From an uncultured Alphaproteobacteria bacterium (lineage in GTDB: Bacteria; Pseudomonadota; Alphaproteobacteria; Rhizobiales; Xanthobacteraceae), in the NCBI GenBank assembly GCA_963718925.1, contig CAVRAH010000003.1:193979-257978 (forward strand): a stretch of 64,000 nucleotides of DNA. The letters run 5' to 3'. Below, one piece after another: positions 10,101 through 17,388 of this stretch. The position numbers and the translations under genes were made by a program. Positions within the stretch are counted from its first letter, which is position 1. Each line of letters begins with the position of its first letter. The notes under the pieces are model-generated. The model was not told where the DNA came from. It worked only from the letters and a program-made list of their open reading frames with translations, and made no database searches.

Positions 10101-10115
10101 GTTCCTATTTTGTTC
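10101..10115. promoter_or_regulatory. Candidate LexA operator (alphaproteobacterial SOS box GTTC-N7-GTTC)
   Basis: Exact gttc-ctatttt-gttc with an AT-rich spacer. It lies 27-41 nt upstream of the radA start codon, in the intergenic region shared with the divergent HEPN-like ORF. Confidence 0.5.
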
Positions 10116-10258
10116 TATATCTCATCTGAGATCAGTTCGCGATAGAAAACTCGCTTAGCGCCGGGCTCCGCGCACAAGTTCGTGCGGCTTTCCAATCTCC
10201 GCAAAGGCACAGGCAGAATTAGCCATTTAGGAACGCTCGTTCATTCAGGGGGGCGTCG

Positions 10259-10792
10259 ATGATCGACTGGAAAAAATATCGGGAAAGCATCGGTTACACC
10301 CAAGCCAGAATGTCGAAGGACGCTAAGGCTTGGTACGCTTTAGCTCTCGGCTATCATCGAGCCGCAGAGCTTTTGAATGATTTTCCAAATCGCATTCCGT
10401 CTGACACGCGCCCATTTGCATTTAATGCAGCTCTCTCAATCGAACTCATACTTAAAGCAATTCTCGGCCGAAGATTTATCGATATCCCAAGTAGGACCGG
10501 CGGCCACGATCTTCTTGCATTATCAGACATGGCGCGGATCCCGATAAGTGAGTATCAGAGGAAAACGCTTGATCTCTTAACCGCGACAATCATCTGGTCG
10601 GGGAGATACCCTGCGCCCAATAAGCAAGCCAAATGGGACGAGTATCAGGACTTTACCTTCGAATCCCACGTCGTCCGCGAGACAGTCGGGAACGTGAGTC
10701 GTGTCATGGCTAATCAAGACACGTTTCCTGATTGGAATAACTATTTCAAAATCTGGAATCTTTGCGCTGCTGAATATGCGAATAATGCCTAG
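10259..10792 (+). CDS. HEPN-domain-like protein (solitary, in an AT-richer islet)
   Basis: 177-aa ORF with a G-run Shine-Dalgarno upstream. Helical pattern matches classical HEPN: NAALSIELILKAIL..., GGHDLLAL, LLTATIIWSGRYPAP. No catalytic His 4-6 residues after the Arg. Many A/T-ending codons. Confidence 0.55.
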   Translation: MIDWKKYRESIGYTQARMSKDAKAWYALALGYHRAAELLNDFPNRIPSDTRPFAFNAALSIELILKAILGRRFIDIPSRTGGHDLLALSDMARIPISEYQRKTLDLLTATIIWSGRYPAPNKQAKWDEYQDFTFESHVVRETVGNVSRVMANQDTFPDWNNYFKIWNLCAAEYANNA

Positions 10793-10901
10793 CTTCTAAT
10801 TTCTGGCCCTTGTTTTCTGCTTAATGAGGCGCTTGCGGCAATATTGCCGAACGAAAATGCCTGAGATGATGATCTCTGGAGTTATCGTGGGTGCACTCCC
10901 C

Positions 10902-11086
10902 CTACTTGGCCGACACAAACGGCACCGCCGCACCCGGCACCATGGTCGTTGGCAGCACGCCGTTCCAGCGTTCGGCCTGCACCAGCGTGACGAGGTTGGG
11001 ATTGGTGCCGAGCGCGCCTTGGCGCGGGCCTCGATGGCGGCGGCCTGGGCTGGTGGCCTTGCAACACTGCCGGAGAGAACCACCAC
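10902..11086 (-). pseudogene. Remnant of the C-terminus of an SPFH/prohibitin-family gene (5'-truncated and frameshifted)
   Basis: Two minus frames together read ..AQAAAIEARAKA / LGTNPNLVTLVQAERWNGVLPTTMVPGAAVPFVSAK*. This resembles the conserved C-terminal WxGxLP tail of bacterial prohibitin-like proteins, and no N-terminal part is present. Confidence 0.35.
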
Positions 11087-11097
11087 TCAAGAGGATT

Positions 11098-11821
11098 TCA
11101 TGAAAACGCCGTCCAAAGCGTAGATAGGCCGGCGGCGAGCATGATCGCGTCCATGACCCGCCGAAACACCTCCGGCTCGAGCCGCACGACAAACCGCTTG
11201 GCGATGAAGGCGCCTGAACATCAGTGAGGAGCCGGCGATCACGCCCTGTAGCGCGACATCAAGCGTTAGGGCGCCAAAGCGCTGAAAGGTCACCGATTTG
11301 CTCAGGTAAAGCCCGAGCGAGCTTGCCGCTTCGGTCGCGAGAAACGCGCCCCTGGTGAGGCCGTAAAATAAAAACAGCGGCACGCTCAAGGGACCGGTCG
11401 AAACCACGATACCGGTGAGATATCCGATCACAGCGCCGCCGAGGCCCACGTGCCAGAGCGACAGTTTGAACTGGTGCCGGGCGAGGAAATGCCGCGCCGG
11501 GACCATCGCAATCAGGAACAGGCCTATTGCCACATCGACGGATCGCGACGGCAGCACCAGCAAGGTGCGCGCGCCGAGCGCTGCGGCAGGGATGCCGGTC
11601 ACGGAATAGGCGGCGCAGGCCCGCCAGTCGACCTCGCGCCACCAGGCGAGGATGCGCGACAGATTGGCCATCACCGCCGCGATCGCCATGATCGGCACGG
11701 CCTGCTTTGGACCGTATTGATAGATCAGAACCGGCATCAGCATGATCGACGAGCCGGTGCCGACAATGCCTGAGATGGTGCCGGCGACGAGCCCGACCGC
11801 GAGGACGAAGAGGAAGTTCAA
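11098..11821 (-). pseudogene. Sulfite exporter TauE/SafE-family membrane protein with an apparent 1-nt insertion at 11215
   Basis: TauE-like TM protein (..VAGTISGIVGTGSSIMLMPVL..). After ..GSSLMF the frame becomes Arg-rich nonsense. Skipping base 11215 gives GAFIAKRFVVRLEPEVFRRVMDAIMLAAGLSTLWTAFS* ending at 11098. Probable TTG start at 11821 after GGGAGA; the ORF stays open to 11929. Confidence 0.75.
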
Positions 11822-11909
11822 AGAGCTTGTCTCCCGCGAATTGACTGGGCTACCGTAGCGAGCGAGCAAAAGGGGCGATCCATAACGCACCAACTCGAGG
11901 GAGGCTAGG

Positions 11910-13247
11910 ATGGTCAAGTCCAAATCCAAGTCCAGCGACCGCCATGCGCGTGGTCAAACTTTGGAAGCCGCCGCCGGAAACGGCTTGATCGACCGTCGCG
12001 CGCTGCTGGGCCGCGGCATGGTGTTGGCGGGCGCGATGGGGGCAGGCATTGGTCCGTCATCGGCGGCCGCGGGCGCCGAACCGCTCACCGACGATCCCTG
12101 GAGCCTTGAAGTCGGCGACCCGATGCCGCTCTACCAGGTGCCCTCGAAGTTCGAGGCGAAGGTCGTGCGCACGCTGAGCAATCCCAATCACGAGCCGCGT
12201 AATTCACACGCGCGCACGCCGCACCATCTCTTGCAGGGAACGACGACGCCTAACGGGCTGCACTTCACCATCAATCACGGCGGCGTCCCCACCATCGATC
12301 CGGACAAGCATCGGCTCGTGATCCATGGCCTGGTGAGGCAGCCGCTGGAGTTCACGCTCGAAACGCTGTCGCGCTATCCTCTGACGTCGCGCGTGTCGTT
12401 TCTCGAATGCGGCGGCAATAGCGCCCCGATGTTTTCTCCCGAGCCGATGCAGGAAACCGTGCAGGCCCTGCACGGGCTCGTCTCCTGCGCGGAGTGGACC
12501 GGAGTGAAGCTTTCGACCCTGCTTGAGGAAACCGGCATCGATCCCAAAGCGAAATGGCTGATCGCGGAGGGCGCGGACTCGCCGCATCTGAGCCGCAGCG
12601 TGCCGGTGAAAAAGGCGCTGGATGACGCCATGATCGCGCTCTACCAGAATGGCGAACGCCTGATGCCCGGCAATGGCTATCCGATGCGCCTGCTGCTGCC
12701 GGGCTACGAAGGCAACATGAACGTCAAGTTCCTGCGCCGCCTCAAGCTCGTGGAACAGCCGGCCATGAGTTACTACGAGGCGCGGACCTATTCGCAAATC
12801 CTGCCGAGCGGCAAGGCATACCGGTTCTATTTCCTGCAGGAGGTCAAATCCTTCATCACCAGCCCTTCGCACGGCATGACGTTGAAGGAGCCCGGTATCT
12901 ATGAGATTTCGGGCATCGCCTATTCCGGCACCGGCCGGATCGAGAAAGTCATGGTCTCCGCCGACGCCGGTCAAAGCTGGGCGCAAGCAGCGCTTCAGGA
13001 TCCGGTGCTGAGCAAGGCCTTCACCCGTTTCCGCTTGCCGTGGCGCTGGGACGGTGGCCCGGCCACGCTGCAGAGCCGGGCATGGGACGAAGCCGGCAAC
13101 GTGCAACCGACCCGCGCCGAGTTCGTGGCCGCGCGCGGCCAGCTGGAAAAACCGGCGCCGGTGCTGGCCTTTCCCAACCAGCACTACAATTCGATCACCA
13201 GCTGGGGCGTCCGCAATAATGGGGAGGTCAAGCATGTTTACGCCTAG
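11910..13247 (+). CDS. soxC: SoxC-type sulfite dehydrogenase, molybdopterin subunit
   Basis: 445 aa. Tat signal (DRRALLGRG). GLHFTINHGGVPTIDPDKHRLVIHGLV and the Mo-ligand context FLECGGNS. GGGAGG Shine-Dalgarno. Confidence 0.85.
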   Translation: MVKSKSKSSDRHARGQTLEAAAGNGLIDRRALLGRGMVLAGAMGAGIGPSSAAAGAEPLTDDPWSLEVGDPMPLYQVPSKFEAKVVRTLSNPNHEPRNSHARTPHHLLQGTTTPNGLHFTINHGGVPTIDPDKHRLVIHGLVRQPLEFTLETLSRYPLTSRVSFLECGGNSAPMFSPEPMQETVQALHGLVSCAEWTGVKLSTLLEETGIDPKAKWLIAEGADSPHLSRSVPVKKALDDAMIALYQNGERLMPGNGYPMRLLLPGYEGNMNVKFLRRLKLVEQPAMSYYEARTYSQILPSGKAYRFYFLQEVKSFITSPSHGMTLKEPGIYEISGIAYSGTGRIEKVMVSADAGQSWAQAALQDPVLSKAFTRFRLPWRWDGGPATLQSRAWDEAGNVQPTRAEFVAARGQLEKPAPVLAFPNQHYNSITSWGVRNNGEVKHVYA

Positions 13248-13767
13248 GCGCGCGATCTTCACCGCCTCTTTGCTGCTCGCGACGACGACCTCCGCATCGC
13301 TGGCCGAGACGCCCCATCTCGGCAAGCCGATCGACGAGGCCGCCATTGCCAACTGGGACATCAGCATCCTGCCCGATGGCGCCGGGCTGCCGAAGGGCAG
13401 CGGCACGCCGGCGCAGGGAGCTGTGATCTATGCCGAAAAGTGCTCAGCCTGTCATGGCGACAACGGCAAGGGTGGTCAGGCCGCCGCCCTGGTGAGCGAC
13501 AAGAAGATCGACGGTATCTCCGCGGCGCAGAAAACCATCAAGAACTTCATCGGCGATTCGACGACGATCTTTGATTTCATTCGCCGCGCCATGCCATTTC
13601 AGGCGCCGCGTTCGCTCAGCGATGACGAAGTCTACGCGCTGACGGCGTACATCTTATCGGAGAACAAATTGATCGGCGCGAGCGATGTGATGGATGCGCA
13701 AACCTTGCCGAAGGTGAAAATGCCCAATCGCGATAACTTCATTATCCGGTTTCCGGATCGCATCTAG
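13234..13767 (+). CDS. Monohaem c-type cytochrome (SoxD/SorB-like partner of the dehydrogenase)
   Basis: ATG at 13234 after GGGGAGG, overlapping the soxC end. Signal peptide and a single CSACH haem motif. The listed ORF start at 13054 is an in-frame artefact inside soxC. Confidence 0.85.
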   Translation: MFTPRRAIFTASLLLATTTSASLAETPHLGKPIDEAAIANWDISILPDGAGLPKGSGTPAQGAVIYAEKCSACHGDNGKGGQAAALVSDKKIDGISAAQKTIKNFIGDSTTIFDFIRRAMPFQAPRSLSDDEVYALTAYILSENKLIGASDVMDAQTLPKVKMPNRDNFIIRFPDRI

Positions 13768-13768
13768 G

Positions 13769-13850
13769 GCGTTTTCGAGCGAAGCGTGCCCTCGGACTTG
13801 ATCCGGGGGATACCGGTTGGCGTAGAGAAATGGCGCCAAAACAATAGACC
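13769..13850 (-). repeat. Dispersed intergenic repeat, family A, copy 1 (inverted relative to copies 2 and 3)
   Basis: The reverse complement aligns with 23593-23674 and 46225-46302 (..gttttgGCGC..aaccggtatcc.cccggatca.gtccgagggca.gcttcgctcgaaa..). Confidence 0.75.
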
Positions 13851-13899
13851 GGCGCGCACCGATTCAGCTCCGTCGCCAGTCGGCGCGGCTCGGACCAAT

Positions 13900-15003
13900 T
13901 CAGGCCACCGCCGTACCGACGCGAGCCCTCTCGGCAGCAATCGAAGCCGACCCGAAGCGAATGGTCCATTGCGCCACGGACAGCAACAGAGCGTCGAAAA
14001 CCTCCAGACCCTGTTCGAGCTCCTGCTGGGTGAGCGGCGGGCATGCTGGCCGACTGCGGATGATCATGGTCGTGGTTGACCAGCTCAGCCGGGAGGCCTT
14101 GCAGGCCACGATCAGGCCATACAGCCGGTCGCTTTTCATCAGGGATTCGATCACCTCGATCTTTACTTCCGACATGAACGAAAGCGCGGCCACCACATGG
14201 GTCAATTTGTCCTTCACCGCGAACCGGTTCACCACCGAATCGCTCAGCTTTCCGGCGCGGTTGAGCGTAGCCACCTCGTTGATTGCCTCCGTATAGTCGA
14301 TGGGCGCCGGCGGAACGGCGCTGGCCGCGATCGGCGATTGGGCCTTCTCCGCCATGGCAGGTCGCGTCGCCGTCAGAAACCGCGCCCGCACCGCGTCGGT
14401 GGCCATGTCGAGAAGCTCCCGCAACAGCTTCGCGGGAATGTCCAGGCGAACGCCAAGCCTTTCGATCAGGCTTTCGTCACGCTCCGCTCTCCCGACCAGC
14501 GTCGCGTAACCGCATTCGGAGAAACGTGCTCCGCCATTGCGGGCGAGCGCGTTCGATACGTTGATGTTGCCACGTCTTAGCAGCGCATCGGTCAGCTTTT
14601 CGTTGAGCGCCTTTCTGCCGGAAATCGCCAATAAATGCTGCTGGCTGAGCGTATTTGCGATCTCGAGGAGATGTTTTTCCGACAGGCGGCTGGACCTTGT
14701 CAGCACCGGCGCGGCAACCGAGGCGTCATCGTGAAACGCGAGCCGGCGGACCGTCTTGAGCGGAGCCACGTCGATTTCGGAGAGAATGGCGCTGAACTGG
14801 GCCAGCGTTTGTGCGTCGACGCGCTCGATCAGCCGAACGAAAACGTCGTCGAAGACACTTGCCTGGACTTCTTCAAGGCGACCGGCATCGGCCTGGAACA
14901 GGTCCGTCACCTTTTTGAGAATTTGCGCCTGCCGCGCGGGCGCCCCGATCCTGATGACGTCTTCCAGTTCCGCGATCAAAGGCGTCGATGCTGCCGTAGC
15001 CAT
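13900..15003 (-). CDS. DUF2336-domain protein
   Basis: 367-aa all-helical ORF. Resembles alphaproteobacterial DUF2336 proteins (..RRLAFHDDASVAAPVLTRSSRLSEKHLLEIA..LARNGGARFSE..). Confidence 0.7.
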   Translation of the reverse strand: MATAASTPLIAELEDVIRIGAPARQAQILKKVTDLFQADAGRLEEVQASVFDDVFVRLIERVDAQTLAQFSAILSEIDVAPLKTVRRLAFHDDASVAAPVLTRSSRLSEKHLLEIANTLSQQHLLAISGRKALNEKLTDALLRRGNINVSNALARNGGARFSECGYATLVGRAERDESLIERLGVRLDIPAKLLRELLDMATDAVRARFLTATRPAMAEKAQSPIAASAVPPAPIDYTEAINEVATLNRAGKLSDSVVNRFAVKDKLTHVVAALSFMSEVKIEVIESLMKSDRLYGLIVACKASRLSWSTTTMIIRSRPACPPLTQQELEQGLEVFDALLLSVAQWTIRFGSASIAAERARVGTAVA

Positions 15004-15076
15004 GACAATTCAGCCCCAAAATGAACGACCCGGATTTGATAGCCGCCGGTTGAAACCCCAAAAACATCCGCTCGCC

Positions 15077-16126
15077 TCACGCCACAAGCGCCACGTTGCG
15101 GAAAGCCCTGAGAAGCGAGCCTTCCAGCTTTCCTTCCATTCCGCACAGAACCTCGTAGGCCTTTTCACGGGACATCGGCGGTCTGTACGGCCGCCGCTCA
15201 ACAAGTGCCGCGAAGATGTCGGAGATGGTCAGCAATCTGACCAGGTCGGAAATCTTTCCCGCAGTCAGCCCATCGGGATAACCGGAGCCGTCGAGGTATT
15301 CGTGGTGGTGCCGCACCCCGTCAAGAACTTCCGGGCTGATGCCGACGAGATCCTTCAGCAGTTCATGCCCGATGACCGGGTGGCGCTTCATGATCTCCTC
15401 TTCGACCGGGTCGAGGCGTCCGGCCTTGTCAAGGATCGACAAGGGAATGCGTGCCTTTCCGATGTCGTGCAGGGTTGCCGCCATTCCGAGCCGCTTGACG
15501 TCCGGATAGGTGAACCCGAGGTCCAGCGCAAAGCCGACCGCCACGCCTGTTACCAGCAGGCAATGCTGGAACGTTCCTTCGTGATACCGGCGAACGTCGT
15601 CCAGCCACGCGCCAAGCCCATTTTGAGTGATGCCGTCGACGATCTGGGTTGTGGCGTTTTCGGCCGATGAAAGGTTAATCGATTTGCCGTTCCGTATCGC
15701 CGCGAACATGGCCGCGAAGGCCTCCGCGCCGACGGCGATTTCGGGTGAAGCAGGGGCAAAATCGGTCTTTGCCGCCTTCGCCGCGACTTCGATCTCTGCC
15801 AGCTTGAAGACGATCTCCCGGGTGCTGCGAACCACCGAGGTCGCCCCGAGCGCATAGGCCTGCGCGACCATGTGTTGAATGTGGCTCTGAACGACAAAAA
15901 GCTTTTCGGTGATGGAGCGCAGCCCGCGCAAGACCAGCTTGATCTGTTCGACACGCGCCGCTTTGCGCAGGTCGGCATCGACCATCAAAACGCCGTTTGC
16001 GATCTGCGCTTCGCCATCTCCCAGGAGCCGGGGAGCCACGTCATAGCGAGGCTCCAGCATGGCGCGGATGGCCGGAATCTTCGAGGGTTCATCGGTGACG
16101 AAATGAACGAGCATTTCAGGGGCCAT
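15077..16126 (-). CDS. HD-GYP-domain protein (putative c-di-GMP phosphodiesterase) with an uncharacterised N-terminal domain
   Basis: HDIGK ... HHHEYLDGSGYPDGL motifs in the C-terminal half. Confidence 0.85.
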   Translation of the reverse strand: MAPEMLVHFVTDEPSKIPAIRAMLEPRYDVAPRLLGDGEAQIANGVLMVDADLRKAARVEQIKLVLRGLRSITEKLFVVQSHIQHMVAQAYALGATSVVRSTREIVFKLAEIEVAAKAAKTDFAPASPEIAVGAEAFAAMFAAIRNGKSINLSSAENATTQIVDGITQNGLGAWLDDVRRYHEGTFQHCLLVTGVAVGFALDLGFTYPDVKRLGMAATLHDIGKARIPLSILDKAGRLDPVEEEIMKRHPVIGHELLKDLVGISPEVLDGVRHHHEYLDGSGYPDGLTAGKISDLVRLLTISDIFAALVERRPYRPPMSREKAYEVLCGMEGKLEGSLLRAFRNVALVA

Positions 16127-16346
16127 CCCAAAATGATGCTGTGGCCGCTTAGTTGCAAATCAAGCCAGTAGTAACCGTTCAACCTAGCGAAACTTCCCTA
16201 ACTATTGGCTAAGCGTGCGGTCCCGATTCGAACGGGAAAACCTCTGGCCGCGCGTTTGCGGCGAGAGTCGGATAGCGGACAGAAATCTGAAAAGGTCAAC
16301 AAGGCTGACCTTCCAGCTATACCGCGCTCGTCCGCGCATCCTGACG

Positions 16347-17117
16347 CTACTTCAGCACGATCCACGCCGGCGCGTGGTCGCTGGCGCCTTCTTCGCCGCG
16401 CAGGGCGCGTTCGACGCCGGCCTTGTTCAGCCGCGGCGCAAGCGCCGGACTGACCAGCAGATGATCGAGCCTAAGGCCCGCGTCGCGCGGCCAGCGGTTG
16501 CGCTTGTAGTCCCAAAACGTGAACATCGGACTGGTCGGATGAAGCTGGCGGATCGCATCCGTCCAGCCTTGCGCCACCAGCTGCTTGAACGCGGCGCGGC
16601 TTTTGGGCTGGATCAGCGCGTCCTGGTCCCACGATGTCGTCGGATAGATGTCGAGCGCGGCCGGCGCGACGTTGTAATCGCCCGCCAGCACCACGGGGAT
16701 GTCCTGCTTGATGAATTTCGCGGCGTGCGAATTGAGCCGCCTGAACCATGCGAGCTTGTAGTCGAATTTCGGCCCGGGCTGCGGATTGCCGTTCGGCATA
16801 TAGATACTGGTGACGATGATGCCTTTGACGGCGGCCTCGATATAACGCGCCTCCCTGTCGTTTGGGTCGCCGGGCAGCTCTGTCCTGATCAATACCGGAT
16901 CGGCGTTACGCGCGAGGATCGCAACACCGTTCCAGGTCCTTTGTCCGCGCCATACCGCGCCGTAGCCGGCCTTTTCGATGGCGGAGGCCGGAAACTCGGC
17001 GTCTGCTGACTTGAGTTCCTGCAACGCGACGACGTCGGGTTTGGCCCGTTGCAGCCACAGCAAGAGATTCGGCAGGCGCCGGTTGATATTGTTGATGTTG
17101 AAGGTTGCGACTTTCAT
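16347..17117 (-). CDS. xthA: Exodeoxyribonuclease III
   Basis: 256 aa. MKVATFNINNINRRL.. N-terminus and a C-terminal SDHAPAW motif of the EEP nuclease fold. Confidence 0.93.
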   Translation of the reverse strand: MKVATFNINNINRRLPNLLLWLQRAKPDVVALQELKSADAEFPASAIEKAGYGAVWRGQRTWNGVAILARNADPVLIRTELPGDPNDREARYIEAAVKGIIVTSIYMPNGNPQPGPKFDYKLAWFRRLNSHAAKFIKQDIPVVLAGDYNVAPAALDIYPTTSWDQDALIQPKSRAAFKQLVAQGWTDAIRQLHPTSPMFTFWDYKRNRWPRDAGLRLDHLLVSPALAPRLNKAGVERALRGEEGASDHAPAWIVLK

Positions 17118-17159
17118 CGGCGGATCGGCTAAGGTCGCGCAAAGGTAGCAGGAGATTTC

Positions 17160-17381
17160 ATGAAGAGGCTATCCGTCGCCGTTGCCGTATTCGCCATTGG
17201 ATTTTCCACGACAGCCTTTGCGCAGAGCCTGACCGCCGAGCAGCGGGCCGCCTGCAAGGGCGATTACGACAAGTACTGCACGGGCACCATTCCCGGCGGT
17301 GGCCGCATCATTGCGTGTCTCAACAAGCAGCGCGATACGCTCAGCGATGCCTGCAAGAAAGTTCTCGACGCGCAGAAGTAG
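17160..17381 (+). CDS. Small secreted cysteine-rich repeat protein
   Basis: 73 aa. Signal peptide (..STTAFAQ). Two similar C-x-C units (CKGDYDKYC / CLNKQRDTLSDAC). AGGAG Shine-Dalgarno. Confidence 0.7.
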   Translation: MKRLSVAVAVFAIGFSTTAFAQSLTAEQRAACKGDYDKYCTGTIPGGGRIIACLNKQRDTLSDACKKVLDAQK

Positions 17382-17388
17382 GGGGGAG

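Noticed and set aside
10116-10258. Search for a nucleotidyltransferase or antitoxin partner ORF next to the HEPN-like gene (classic HEPN-MNT toxin-antitoxin pair)
   Set aside because: No ORF of useful length occurs on either strand upstream (10116-10258) or downstream (10793-10901). I therefore do not call a toxin-antitoxin module.
16216-16246. tRNA-like T-arm on the minus strand (tcccg-ttcgaat-cggga followed by ccgcacg), possibly a tRNA gene or an att-site remnant
   Set aside because: There is no complementary 5' acceptor strand (cgtgcgg), no D-arm and no anticodon arm within the preceding ~60 nt. No integrase is nearby. I judge it a chance resemblance.
16283-16312. Weak hairpin (aaggtca-N7-tgacctt) downstream of xthA as a terminator
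   Set aside because: It has only a 7-bp stem with a poor U-tract (ttcagattt) on the relevant strand, which is too weak to report as a feature.
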